Sequence record: SRR20825019_3015 | Strand: one strand, 5' to 3' | DNA length: 36,830 nucleotides | In this document: one piece after another, positions 17,427 through 27,487 of the stretch | Layout of the letters: each line of letters begins with the position of its first letter | How positions within the stretch are numbered: the first letter of the stretch is position 1 | Position numbers and translations under genes: made by a program | Notes under the pieces: generated by a model | What the model saw: the letters and a program-made list of their open reading frames with translations, nothing else | What the model was told of the DNA's origin: nothing | Database searches by the model: none

Positions 17427-19918
17427 TACTTTCCTAGAGATATTAAGTTAGTAAATAGGCGATAGGCTCCAGATACACCAGCAGGAAATTCTCTAAAGAA
17501 ACTTAAGCCTGTATATATATAATGTCCTTTGCCATATTTAGCGATTAGTAAACTTCCCTTTTTAGGAGATTCTCCACAATCATTCATTTCAAAAAGTGGT
17601 GTAAACTCTTTAGCCCAATCATCTGGAAAGTACAAACCACGTTCTTGTACCCAACCTTCAAAATCTGTTTGGGTAATCTTATTTGGTGTATTTAACACTG
17701 GATGTTCAGGGTTTAAAAATGTAACCTTAGCAAACTCATCTGTAACTCGGTCTCTAGAAAGATTTAATTTATAAGGTGCCAAATTCTCTTGAACTAACAA
17801 CCTGTGTGAGGTGTTATATTGTACAATGAGATTACCACCATTATTTACATATTCTAAGAGTAAAGGCTGTTTAAATTTAAGTGCATCAACCGTGTTGTAA
17901 GCTCTAATTCCTACAACAATAGCATCGTATATCTTTAAATTTTCAGCAGTTATGTTATCTACATTTAATAATGTTACGTTGTAGCCTATTTGTCTTAAAC
18001 TTTCTGGAACAACATCACCAGCACCAACAATATAACCAACATTATTTCCTTTTTTCTTAATGTTTAACCTTACAACTTTACTTTCTGAAGGCAGTAAAAC
18101 ACGTTGTATTGGTATGTGATCATATTCAATGACCTCTAATGCGTTGGTATACGTATTAGTTGCTGTAGTTAGTATTGGAGAGATATAACCTTCATCTTGT
18201 TGTTCTGGTGGTGTAACTTTAAAATTTATAGATTGTGTAGCGCCTTTCTGTTTTATTGAAATAGCAGCGCTCTCTGGAGAAACATTCCAAGAATTAGGAA
18301 CATTTAATTTTAAAGTACCATCTAAAGATGCTGAGTGGGCTGTAACATTAATAGCTATGGTTTTAGAAGCTTCATCTTCAAAGATTACGACATCATCATT
18401 TAAACTTACACTAGCTTTTGGGACAATTTCAAAAGGCATATAAACTTCTCCCTTTACTGGATCACTTGTTTTATATACTACTGGCCTTGTAATAGTAATA
18501 GGCATTCCTGCTATGGTTAGCTTAAATTGTACATTATGTGGAGATGGCGTTTGTGGCTTTCCTATAAATGCTTCATTGTCTACGGCGTACATTCCTAAAG
18601 TTCCTTTTTTTGTAAGCCAATACGGCGATGTGAATGCTGCAGAATTTGATATACTATAATTAAACTGGCGTTCAATATCATTGTTTGGAGTAAGTTCTAA
18701 AGTGTCTTCAATAACTTGGTTACTTGCCGGAAACAGGATACTATTTACTCTAATATTAACAGGAGATCTATTTATTGCTTCAATATTTAAAGGAATAGTA
18801 CTAACTCTTGTTGCTGTAGGTGTTGTTGCAGCAGCTTCAAGATAAAGACCTGCACAAGCCGTTATAATTTGCTCTAACTCTTTAGATTTTGTGGTTTTCC
18901 AATGAGAGTCATCTAGTTTTTGCAATGCCGTATAAGCTTGCATTAGCATTGGTATACTGGCAGAAGGATCTTTAAAATTATAATTGGTTTCAACAGACTT
19001 TAGTAATTTTCCTACAGTCTCTCCATTTTCTAGACGACTCCAAGTGGTGTTAATGCCTTCAAAAAGATTTGATTTATCTTTTGGCATATTGCCATTAATA
19101 AGCTCAAGGTAATTTACATCGCTACCACGAGATCCTGTACGACCAAAACCCTGAGATTTATGCTGACTTCTACTTAATGCTGAAATTTCTGAATTAGATA
19201 AGCCTTTTGAAGGGTAATACACGCCAGTTTCAAATTCTAATAATTTAGATTTGTCTGCATTATCAAATTTTTCTTGACTTCCGTAAAACCACCACGATGT
19301 ATTGAAAAATTGACGTTTTGGTTGCCAAGGTTCTAACGTTTTTAGTTGGTCTGTAAACGCAGTAGCTTTTCCTGCCAAACTATAGGCTTCAACACTTAAC
19401 ATTGCAGAAGATGTATGATGGCCGTGTGTTGTTCCAGGTGATCTATGATCAAACCTGTTTATGATAACGTCTGGTTTAAACGTTCTAATCATCTTCACCA
19501 CATCTGCGAGCACCTCATCTTTGTTCCAAATGTTTAAAGTTTCATCTGGATGCTTTGAGTATCCAAAATCATTAGCACGTGTAAATAATTGTTCACCGCC
19601 ATCTGTACCTCTGGCAGCTAATAACTCTTGTGTTCTTATTACTCCTAATAGCTCTCTAATTTCTGGGCCAATAAGGTTTTGACCGCCATCACCACGTGTT
19701 AATGATAAATATGCTGTTCTGGCATGCTTTTCGTTAGATAGGTATGATATAAGCGTTGTATTTTCATCATCTGGATGCGCAGCCACATATAGAACAGAAG
19801 CAAGAACATTGGCTTTTTTTATAGCCTGATAAATGTCTGCCGAATTTAATTTTGTTGGTGCTTGAGAAGATACAGTTGTTGCAATTGCTAAAGCTATTAG
19901 CAGGAAAAATTGTTTCAT
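17426..19918 (-). CDS. Secreted PIG-L/LmbE-family deacetylase, multidomain
   Basis: Signal peptide; AHPDDE, TRGDGGQN, HGHH; beta-rich middle; GATase-like C-terminal domain; TATCTTTG at 19952-19945. Confidence 0.9.
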   Translation of the reverse strand: MKQFFLLIALAIATTVSSQAPTKLNSADIYQAIKKANVLASVLYVAAHPDDENTTLISYLSNEKHARTAYLSLTRGDGGQNLIGPEIRELLGVIRTQELLAARGTDGGEQLFTRANDFGYSKHPDETLNIWNKDEVLADVVKMIRTFKPDVIINRFDHRSPGTTHGHHTSSAMLSVEAYSLAGKATAFTDQLKTLEPWQPKRQFFNTSWWFYGSQEKFDNADKSKLLEFETGVYYPSKGLSNSEISALSRSQHKSQGFGRTGSRGSDVNYLELINGNMPKDKSNLFEGINTTWSRLENGETVGKLLKSVETNYNFKDPSASIPMLMQAYTALQKLDDSHWKTTKSKELEQIITACAGLYLEAAATTPTATRVSTIPLNIEAINRSPVNIRVNSILFPASNQVIEDTLELTPNNDIERQFNYSISNSAAFTSPYWLTKKGTLGMYAVDNEAFIGKPQTPSPHNVQFKLTIAGMPITITRPVVYKTSDPVKGEVYMPFEIVPKASVSLNDDVVIFEDEASKTIAINVTAHSASLDGTLKLNVPNSWNVSPESAAISIKQKGATQSINFKVTPPEQQDEGYISPILTTATNTYTNALEVIEYDHIPIQRVLLPSESKVVRLNIKKKGNNVGYIVGAGDVVPESLRQIGYNVTLLNVDNITAENLKIYDAIVVGIRAYNTVDALKFKQPLLLEYVNNGGNLIVQYNTSHRLLVQENLAPYKLNLSRDRVTDEFAKVTFLNPEHPVLNTPNKITQTDFEGWVQERGLYFPDDWAKEFTPLFEMNDCGESPKKGSLLIAKYGKGHYIYTGLSFFREFPAGVSGAYRLFTNLISLGK

Positions 19919-19975
19919 TAAGGTAGTTTCAATTTGGGTATTCTCAAAGATACCAAAATCGAAAAGAACGTACAG

Positions 19976-20521
19976 TTAATAAAACTGATCTTCTTTAGGA
20001 GTTTCTGTAGTAGGATCTTCTGGTTTAGGAATATCTTCAAAAGCTATAATACTAACACCTTTTTGCATAAACATAGCGTTAGGATAGGTGATTATAGCAT
20101 TGGTATTAGTTCTTAATACTACTTGAAAAGCTTTAATATTCTCTATATAACCCTCATAATCATACTCTTTATCATGTATTTTAATGTAGTCTCCAATTTT
20201 ATATGGAAATGTAAAGAACATAATAATACCACTCGTAATGTTACTAAGAATAGACCATTGGGCAAAAAAACCAACACCAATAACAGCAAAGACTGAAGAA
20301 AATACTAAGCCTAAATCTTTTATTTGAACACCCCAAACCATAATAAGTCCTAAGACTGTACAGAAAATGGTAAAGAAATCTACATATCTAATTATAAGTC
20401 CTGTACGGTGTTCCATACGCTCAAACTTACGTGCGTATTTCTTTATAATCTTAATGAGCACTAATCTTATAATAATTAGTGTAAGTATTACAATTGCAGA
20501 TATGATAATTGGGTAGGTCAT
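19976..20521 (-). CDS. Small MscS-family mechanosensitive channel protein
   Basis: Three TM segments; ILSNITSGI, PYKIGDYI, ITYPN. Confidence 0.85.
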   Translation of the reverse strand: MTYPIIISAIVILTLIIIRLVLIKIIKKYARKFERMEHRTGLIIRYVDFFTIFCTVLGLIMVWGVQIKDLGLVFSSVFAVIGVGFFAQWSILSNITSGIIMFFTFPYKIGDYIKIHDKEYDYEGYIENIKAFQVVLRTNTNAIITYPNAMFMQKGVSIIAFEDIPKPEDPTTETPKEDQFY

Positions 20522-20534
20522 ATATATTGTGGAA

Positions 20535-21437
20535 TTAAAGTCCTAGGGAATCTCTTAGCACTTCGTGTTTGTTAGCATTTTTATTCCAATATGGTGATTT
20601 TAAACGCTTCATCTTAATAGCTTTTGTAGTAAGTGTAGTATTACCATCTGGGTAAGTTTCAAACCACGATAAAATCTCAAAAGGAAACTTAGGGTCTTGG
20701 TGTATTTTTAAAGTTCTGTTTAATTCTGGATACTTAAGAACAGTAACCAATGTGTCTTGTAGTTGGTTTTGTGAAAGATCTACACTATAGGCTTTTAAAT
20801 CTTTATGCTTCAATCTTAAATATTCTAAAGATGGTATCATACGTTTAGTGTCCAGATTTAGTGTTGTGGGATCTATACGTAATTGTGTCCAAAGATCATG
20901 TTCTAATGCAGATTTATCCAATGTAAAATTTTGATCTGCTTCTCCCTGAAAATAGGAATGAGACGTAATTTCATAGCTGTTTCTGTTATTTAGCTGCGTA
21001 TACACATGACCACACCATTCTTGCACAGATGTAGAAACCTTTAAAGCTGATTGATTATTAGCTACAGGATAAAATGTACTCGTCATTATGGAGTAAGGAT
21101 AAATTCCTGTATTAAACGTTTTTGTGGCATTTAATTTAAGAACAGAAATATTACTATCCTTTTGCTTATCTGCCTTTACTTGTACTTCTGGTAAAAATGG
21201 TTCTGTTACAAACACCATCATAGCCGTTCCTTCTCTTAATTCACCATAGCGAGCTTGAGAAAGTTTGTAGCTTGTTAATTCTGCTTCACCAGCATACCAA
21301 TAAGATTTAAATGCTTCAGACAACTCTTGAGGATTCTTTACTGAAGCATCTGAAGTACTATTGGGTGAATTATAATCTTGGTTACAACCTAATGTTAAAA
21401 GAGCAAAAAAGGGTATAAGTCTTAAGGATTTCAGCAT
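20535..21437 (-). CDS. Conserved hypothetical lipoprotein
   Basis: Lipobox LTLGC; YWYAGEAE and QEWCGH segments; no function recognised. Confidence 0.7.
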   Translation of the reverse strand: MLKSLRLIPFFALLTLGCNQDYNSPNSTSDASVKNPQELSEAFKSYWYAGEAELTSYKLSQARYGELREGTAMMVFVTEPFLPEVQVKADKQKDSNISVLKLNATKTFNTGIYPYSIMTSTFYPVANNQSALKVSTSVQEWCGHVYTQLNNRNSYEITSHSYFQGEADQNFTLDKSALEHDLWTQLRIDPTTLNLDTKRMIPSLEYLRLKHKDLKAYSVDLSQNQLQDTLVTVLKYPELNRTLKIHQDPKFPFEILSWFETYPDGNTTLTTKAIKMKRLKSPYWNKNANKHEVLRDSLGL

Positions 21438-21513
21438 AACAGTTAAGGTTTTTTAAAAGGGTTTAATACAGCTATAAAAGTGTAATAATATAAGTATTAA
21501 AACTGAAATATCT

Positions 21514-22107
21514 TTAACGTGTAGATGCGGCAATGGCCATTAACTCCTCATAAACCAAATGCATTGGCATTCCTACAACATTGGGATAACTGCCTTCAAT
21601 TGATTTTATTGCGATTAACCCAATCCATTCTTGTATACCATAAGCACCAGCTTTATCCATTGGCTTAAAGGTATCTACATAATAAGAAATGGCTTTTTGA
21701 GAAATAGGATTAAAGGTTACTTTGGTTGTGTAATTTACAGTTTTGCTTTGGTGCTTTTGAGTAAAGCAAATAGAGGTCATAACCTCATGAGATTTGCCAG
21801 ACATTTTAGATATCATCTCTTTAGCTTGTTCTGGAGATGTAGGTTTTCCCAAAGCTTCACCTTCAAACCAAACAATAGTATCACTAGTGACCAAAATATC
21901 ATTATCGTTAAGGTCTTTAAATGCTGAAGCCTTTAGTTCTGCCAAATAATCTGTTATAGCTACACCTTTTAACTCTGGCGGATAAATTTCTTCGACTGGC
22001 TTAAGTTGTACAGTGAAATCTAATTGTAATTCCTTAAAATATTGCTGACGTCTAGGTGAACCAGATGCCAAAATAATATTGAAATCTTTTAAATGATCTT
22101 GTAACAT
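21514..22107 (-). CDS. maf: Maf-family nucleoside triphosphate pyrophosphatase
   Basis: ILASGSPRR, SDTIV, LGKP, DKAGAYGIQ, NVVGMP. Confidence 0.93.
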   Translation of the reverse strand: MLQDHLKDFNIILASGSPRRQQYFKELQLDFTVQLKPVEEIYPPELKGVAITDYLAELKASAFKDLNDNDILVTSDTIVWFEGEALGKPTSPEQAKEMISKMSGKSHEVMTSICFTQKHQSKTVNYTTKVTFNPISQKAISYYVDTFKPMDKAGAYGIQEWIGLIAIKSIEGSYPNVVGMPMHLVYEELMAIAASTR

Positions 22108-22109
22108 AA

Positions 22110-23018
22110 TTAAAGCATGAATTGATAAAACGCCATAGAAATTACACCAAACAACATAACAAGTTTTAAAATACCGCTCAATTTGCGATAATCGTGTTTA
22201 GTATCTGCGTTCCAGATTTTTATTAAAACATATAATAAAGGGCCTAGAATAAGAAAAAGAACATATAAAACAGCAACTTGATTTTGAAACATGTAGGTGT
22301 ATAAATAATATACCAAGCCAATAATTAATAAGGCTGTAACCGCAAAAATTACTTTGTTGGTTCTTGTTTTTCCTAAAATTATAGGAAGTGTTTGTATACC
22401 AGAATTATGATCTCCCTTTACATCTTGTTGATCTTTAACCATTTCTCTAATAAGGTTAACTGCAAAAGCAAATACTGCATAGTCTAACATTAATCCAAAT
22501 ATTAATGTTTGTACAGCTTTATTTTGAGGTGTTATAGCTGGCATTAAATCATAAATGGCAACTACAATTATAACAAATGCTACAAGCAGGCTAATAACTA
22601 AATTACCAACAAGCACAGTACGTTTTAGGTAAGAGGCATATATATAAAGAATAGCAGAAATGCTTATAAATAAAGCAGAAAATCCTGGTTTGCCTATAAT
22701 ATTAGATAAGTAAAAACCTATCCCTACAGCTATAACATTTAAAATTATAAAGAGTGTATAGGCACTTTGCTCTGAAATAGATTTTCCTACCAACACATGT
22801 TCTGGTTTATTTATCTGGTCTGTCTCTACATCATAAATATCGTTTATTACATTACCTGCTGCAGTAAGGCATACTGTTGCAAGTACTAAAAGCGCATAAC
22901 CAAAATCACTTAGAGTAATAGTTATACCAAAAGGTTCAAAAAGAAAATAACGCAGGAACACCTGTGTTAAAATAACAAAGATGAGGTTTTGGTAGCGGAA
23001 GAGTTTTAAATACTTCAA
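22110..23018 (-). CDS. UbiA-superfamily prenyltransferase, DGGGP-synthase-like
   Basis: NVINDIYDVETDQINKP and REMVKDQQDVKGD Asp-rich motifs; multiple TM segments; TTG start. Confidence 0.87.
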   Translation of the reverse strand: MKYLKLFRYQNLIFVILTQVFLRYFLFEPFGITITLSDFGYALLVLATVCLTAAGNVINDIYDVETDQINKPEHVLVGKSISEQSAYTLFIILNVIAVGIGFYLSNIIGKPGFSALFISISAILYIYASYLKRTVLVGNLVISLLVAFVIIVVAIYDLMPAITPQNKAVQTLIFGLMLDYAVFAFAVNLIREMVKDQQDVKGDHNSGIQTLPIILGKTRTNKVIFAVTALLIIGLVYYLYTYMFQNQVAVLYVLFLILGPLLYVLIKIWNADTKHDYRKLSGILKLVMLFGVISMAFYQFML

Positions 23019-23083
23019 AGGGACAAAAATTTAGATGACAAAAATAGAAAAATAGGGGACTTGCATAAGCAATTCCACTTAAA

Positions 23084-23923
23084 TTAAGCGTTTGGCCACC
23101 AAACTACAAATACTCTTGAAAATGTGTCTTTATGTTTAACCCAAATTAATGGCGCGCGGTTTTCTTTTAAATGAGTTTCGATAGTTAAAATAGCTTCAGA
23201 TTTAGACAACCATTCTTTATGATACTCAGGACTAACACACCAATCTGTTTTTTTTGGAATCGCAAATGCATATGCTTCAGAATAAAAGTCTTTAAATGTT
23301 TCTAGTGACATATAACTACCAGAAACACTTTTGGGGTTAATGGTAAATTGGCTTTTGTCTTTTAAAGTAAAAGGAACAAAACAATGCGCCATAAAACAAA
23401 CTTGATGTACGCAATCTGCAGCGTTAATGTTATATGCTTTTAATGCTCGTTGAGTTTCAGGTTGATGTATTAAAGGTAATTGATGAGCTTTAAGCTTATC
23501 CAGTTTTTGCCTAAATGAATCTTTACGATTAGGACCTATCCATTGCTCTGGTTCTGTATTAAAAGTGCTGTCATAAAGATAAAATTTACAAACTTGTTCT
23601 AGGTGAATAAGTGTATTTGTCTTAATGTCTTTAACTATAAAATCTAACTCGCCAATAGTATTCTTGCCATCTTTTATTTGCAAATTACTTGCAACAACCT
23701 CATAGCGTGAACACTGTTGCAAAAGGTTTTCTAAAAACCGTTCAGAACGCTTGCCTAAAAATAAATTGTCTTGTATAGGTTCACCAGCATAACTATCAGT
23801 TTGTAATTTAGGTAGCTCAAATTGTGTGAGAGACTCATACTGCCCAAACCACAGTTGAGGTGTGTTTATAAAACCTCTATATTGTTGCTGTAAATTTTGT
23901 TCTGCAGTAAAAGTTTTATTCAT
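23084..23923 (-). CDS. DUF1853-family protein (PD-(D/E)XK-like)
   Basis: LGKRSE, TIGELDFI, HLEQVCKFYL, WIGPN; ATG 23923 follows TAATTTTG at 23936-23929. Confidence 0.82.
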   Translation of the reverse strand: MNKTFTAEQNLQQQYRGFINTPQLWFGQYESLTQFELPKLQTDSYAGEPIQDNLFLGKRSERFLENLLQQCSRYEVVASNLQIKDGKNTIGELDFIVKDIKTNTLIHLEQVCKFYLYDSTFNTEPEQWIGPNRKDSFRQKLDKLKAHQLPLIHQPETQRALKAYNINAADCVHQVCFMAHCFVPFTLKDKSQFTINPKSVSGSYMSLETFKDFYSEAYAFAIPKKTDWCVSPEYHKEWLSKSEAILTIETHLKENRAPLIWVKHKDTFSRVFVVWWPNA

Positions 23924-23959
23924 AGCCACAAAATTACAGTACTAAAGAATAACCAATTG

Positions 23960-23991
23960 CAATTCGGTATTAAAAAACTACAATTCGGTAT
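23960..23991 (+). promoter_or_regulatory. LytTR-type direct repeat binding site
   Basis: CAATTCGGTAT at 23960 and 23981 (21-bp period), upstream of TACATTTG at 24022-24029. Confidence 0.7.
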
Positions 23992-24051
23992 ATCTAATTG
24001 TGTAACTTTAGGAATAGCCAATACATTTGCTACAGTAAAACAAACAAACCT

Positions 24052-25416
24052 ATGTCATCATTTTTCACACATTTAATAAGAGCCTTTTTTGTTGGGATAC
24101 TTGTGTTTATTATTCTCACTAGCATTCAAATTTGGACAGGTTCTGTATTTGTGCTTAATAAAAATGTGCTTTTAAATTTTCTATATACAGAAGCGTACAG
24201 TATCATACTTTACCTTATAAATTATTATACCGTAAAATTTTTAATAGATAGGTTTGGTAAGCATTTGTTTAAGCTTAAGAATATAGTTTTAGGTATAGTT
24301 CTTAATGTTTTAGCAACAGCAATAGGTATTTTCTTTTTAAGGCTATTTACAGAGGTATTTGTTGGCGGCCAATCTCTTGTGCAGTTTTTAAGTTCAGAAA
24401 ATCCTATTACTTATTGGTTATCCTTAACTATAGCGATTACAATAACTAGTATATTTTATATTGTTTACTACAACCAACAAAAGCAGGAAATTGCAGTAAA
24501 GACAGAACGTATTATAGCGGGAACAGCATCTGCAAAGTTTGATGCTCTAAAAAATCAATTAGATCCTCATTTTTTATTTAATAGTTTAAATGTATTGTCT
24601 TCTTTAATTGAAGAGAACCCAAGAAACGCACAGAAATTTACCACGTCATTATCTAAAGTGTATAGATATGTGTTGGAGCAGAAAAATAAAGAATTGGTAA
24701 GTGTTGATGAAGAGTTAGATTTTGCTAGAACATATAGCAACCTATTGAAAATGAGATTTGAGGACAGTGTGATTTTTGATATCCCAGAAACTTCAACCAA
24801 CCCTAATGCTAAGGTGGTGCCATTATCTTTACAGTTATTGTTGGAAAATGCTGTTAAACATAATGTGGTATCTGTTAAAACACCATTGCGAATTAGTATT
24901 TATGAAGAAGCAGGATTTTTAGTTATTAAAAACAACCTTCAGGCAAAAGAACATTTAAACAAGCGTCAAGGTGTTGGCTTATCTAACATAAAATCTAGAT
25001 ATGCGCTCTTAACAGAACGCGCTATGAAGATTATTAAAACCCCAAACACTTTTGAAGCAAGATTACCAATATTAACCAAACAACTTACTATGACAACACA
25101 ACTTTTAGAAGAGAATACTATTTCTCAAACAGACAATCAAGCCAGACTTAAAGCCGCAAAGGAGCAAGTAAAGAAGCAACGTGAGTTTTATGGAAACCTT
25201 GTAAGTTATTGCTTTGTAATACCATTTTTAGCATTCATTAATTATACGACAATGGGTTGGGGCTTTATGTGGTTTTTATTCCCAATGTTTGGTTGGGGAT
25301 TAGGCTTAATGTTTCACGCTATGGATGCCTTTGATTGGAACCCTTTTTTAGGCTCTAATTGGCAAGAGAAGAAAATTAAAGAATTAATGAATAAAGATAA
25401 TTTTAAAAACTACTAA
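24052..25416 (+). CDS. LytS-type sensor histidine kinase with C-terminal 2TM domain
   Basis: Four N-terminal TM segments; LKNQLDPHFLFNSLN, LQLLLENAVKHN, GVGLSNI; 2TM motif GWGLGL; ATG 24052 is downstream of the promoter. Confidence 0.9.
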   Translation: MSSFFTHLIRAFFVGILVFIILTSIQIWTGSVFVLNKNVLLNFLYTEAYSIILYLINYYTVKFLIDRFGKHLFKLKNIVLGIVLNVLATAIGIFFLRLFTEVFVGGQSLVQFLSSENPITYWLSLTIAITITSIFYIVYYNQQKQEIAVKTERIIAGTASAKFDALKNQLDPHFLFNSLNVLSSLIEENPRNAQKFTTSLSKVYRYVLEQKNKELVSVDEELDFARTYSNLLKMRFEDSVIFDIPETSTNPNAKVVPLSLQLLLENAVKHNVVSVKTPLRISIYEEAGFLVIKNNLQAKEHLNKRQGVGLSNIKSRYALLTERAMKIIKTPNTFEARLPILTKQLTMTTQLLEENTISQTDNQARLKAAKEQVKKQREFYGNLVSYCFVIPFLAFINYTTMGWGFMWFLFPMFGWGLGLMFHAMDAFDWNPFLGSNWQEKKIKELMNKDNFKNY

Positions 25417-25417
25417 G

Positions 25418-25747
25418 ATGGAAAGACCAGAACAAAATACGTACACAACAAAATATGAGCAGGCAAAAGCACGCGTAAATGAACTTAAAGGCTTTTATAA
25501 TCACTTAATAGCATATATAGTTGTAATAGTTGGCTTAGCAGGATTAAATTACTACACTAACGAGTTTAGATATGCTTGGTTTTTATGGACGGCTTTTGGT
25601 TGGGGTATAGGATTGGCTAGTCACGCATTTAAGACATTTTATGGTAGTGTGTTCTTTGGAAAACAATGGGAAGAACGTAAGATTAAAGAGATGATGGATA
25701 CAGATGCAACCTATAATGACAGCACAACATCTGGACGTTGGGAGTAG
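25418..25747 (+). CDS. 2TM-domain protein
   Basis: AKARV..LKGFYNHL...W...GWGIGLASH...WEERKIKE. Confidence 0.88.
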   Translation: MERPEQNTYTTKYEQAKARVNELKGFYNHLIAYIVVIVGLAGLNYYTNEFRYAWFLWTAFGWGIGLASHAFKTFYGSVFFGKQWEERKIKEMMDTDATYNDSTTSGRWE

Positions 25748-25769
25748 ATTAGAATTTAATAAAAAAATA

Positions 25770-26666
25770 CTATCGTCTTGGGTGAAATTGATTAACCACA
25801 TCTCTTAAGTGTGTTTGGTCTAAATGCATATAAATTTCAGTAGTCGTAATACTTTCGTGTCCTAGCATTTGTTGTATAGCTCTTAAATCAGCTCCATTTT
25901 CTAATAGGTGAGTGGCAAAAGAATGTCTAAACGTATGTGGACTTATAGTTTTTTGTAAACCACTTTTTTCAGACAAGTTTTTTACAATAGTAAAAATCAT
26001 AGCACGTGTTAATCCGCGACCTCTACGATTTAAAAACAGAGTGTCTTCGTGGCCTTTCTTAATATCTTGATGGTTTCTTATTTCGGTTTTATAAATAGAG
26101 ATTAACTTTTGAGTATGTTCTGCAATTGGCACAAAACGTTGCTTGTTTCCTTTTCCGGTTACTTTTATAAAGCCTTCCTCAAAAAAGAGATCAGAAAGAT
26201 TAAGGGTAATTAATTCACTTACACGTAACCCGCAACTGTATAAAGTGTCAATCATAGCTCTATTACGTTCGCCTTCTGGCTTACTAAGATCTATATGCGC
26301 AATTAAATTGTCTATCTCTTCTAAGGATAATGTATCTGGTAATTTTCTACCTATTCTAGGAGATTCAATTAAGTCAACAGGATTTGTTTCTCTATAATCT
26401 TCAAAGACCAGATAGTTGAAGAAGCTTTTTAATCCAGAAATTAATCGTGCTTGAGAGCGCTCATTCATATGTTTGGCAACCTCATATACAAATGCCTTAG
26501 TTAGGGTTGCATCTATTTTAAGAGGAGAGCTTTTTAAGTTGTTGGTCTCTAAAAACTTCATAAGCTTTTCAACATCATATGAGTAGCTTTTAATTGAGTT
26601 ATTGGAGAGCCCACGCTCAATCTTAAGGTAGTGTTGGTAGTCTTTAAGCGCTTGTAACCAAGTCAA
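25770..26666 (-). CDS. xerD: Site-specific tyrosine recombinase XerD
   Basis: ERGLSNNS, LYSCGLRVSE, GKGNKQR, SPHTFRHSFATHLL, LGHESITTTEIY. Confidence 0.9.
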   Translation of the reverse strand: MTWLQALKDYQHYLKIERGLSNNSIKSYSYDVEKLMKFLETNNLKSSPLKIDATLTKAFVYEVAKHMNERSQARLISGLKSFFNYLVFEDYRETNPVDLIESPRIGRKLPDTLSLEEIDNLIAHIDLSKPEGERNRAMIDTLYSCGLRVSELITLNLSDLFFEEGFIKVTGKGNKQRFVPIAEHTQKLISIYKTEIRNHQDIKKGHEDTLFLNRRGRGLTRAMIFTIVKNLSEKSGLQKTISPHTFRHSFATHLLENGADLRAIQQMLGHESITTTEIYMHLDQTHLRDVVNQFHPRR

Positions 26667-26759
26667 TTTATTTAACGTTTTTTAAGTTATGATTAAGAAT
26701 TAAATAACATAGTTGTAGGAAAACAACTTCTAAATTCGCTTAAAACTAAAACTAAAATT

Positions 26760-27359
26760 ATGAAAAAACTATTTTTATTTGCAGCAATCGCTGCGTTCGG
26801 TTTCACAAGTGTACAAGCACAAGACGGTGTTTCATTTGGTGCAAAAGGTGGTGTTAACTTTGCAAAGTTAACTGGTGATGATGTAGAAGATGCAGATGGT
26901 AGAACATCATTTCACGTAGGTGCAATTGTAGAAATACCTGTTTCAGATCGTTTTTCTGTACAACCAGAGGTATTATATTCAGGACAAGGTTTACAGAGTG
27001 AAGAAGATGGTATTGAGTCTAAGATTAAGCTAGACTACATTAATGTACCAGTATTAGCTAAGTTTTATTTAACAGATGGACTTAGTTTAGAAGGTGGTCC
27101 TCAATTTGGATTCTTAGTAAACGACGAATTTGAAATTGAAGATAGCAACGGAAACTCAATTGAAGTTGAAGATTTAGACGCAGCTTCATTTGATTTAGGT
27201 GCTGCTTTAGGCTTAGGTTATAAATTCACAAATGGTTTATTCTTACAAGGTCGCTACGTATTAGGATTATCTAATGTAGACGATTCTGAAGAAGAAGGTG
27301 CTTTTGAAGATGACTTAACTAACTCTACTTTACAATTTTCTGTAGGTTTACAGTTCTAA
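26760..27359 (+). CDS. Outer membrane beta-barrel (porin family/OMP_b-brl_2-like)
   Basis: Signal peptide; FGAKGGVN, QPEVLYSGQG, LDYINVP, GPQFG; terminal Phe. Confidence 0.87.
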   Translation: MKKLFLFAAIAAFGFTSVQAQDGVSFGAKGGVNFAKLTGDDVEDADGRTSFHVGAIVEIPVSDRFSVQPEVLYSGQGLQSEEDGIESKIKLDYINVPVLAKFYLTDGLSLEGGPQFGFLVNDEFEIEDSNGNSIEVEDLDAASFDLGAALGLGYKFTNGLFLQGRYVLGLSNVDDSEEEGAFEDDLTNSTLQFSVGLQF

Positions 27360-27380
27360 TAAAGGATTGAAAGTATTATT

Positions 27381-27411
27381 AAAAGGGAAGCTATTATAGC
27401 TTCCCTTTTTT
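27381..27411 (+). terminator. Intrinsic terminator
   Basis: AAAAGGGAAGCTA-tta-TAGCTTCCCTTTT. Confidence 0.88.
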
Positions 27412-27487
27412 ATTTTAAGAAAAATTTAAAGTTCAAATTATACCATTTGGCACGAATCTCGTTATAGGAATAACAAAATTTATACAT

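Noticed and set aside
23048-23078. Hairpin GGAATTGC-ttat-GCAAGTCC (minus strand) after DUF1853
   Set aside because: Mismatched stem and offset T tract; too weak to call a terminator
15878-26397. Short track ORFs 15878, 17529, 19461, 19934, 21631, 24567, 25583 and 26143
   Set aside because: Antisense shadows of longer conserved genes
25770-26666. Tyrosine recombinase as a possible prophage or island integrase
   Set aside because: Typical 298-aa XerD; no att repeats, tRNA, phage genes or dif-like site seen nearby
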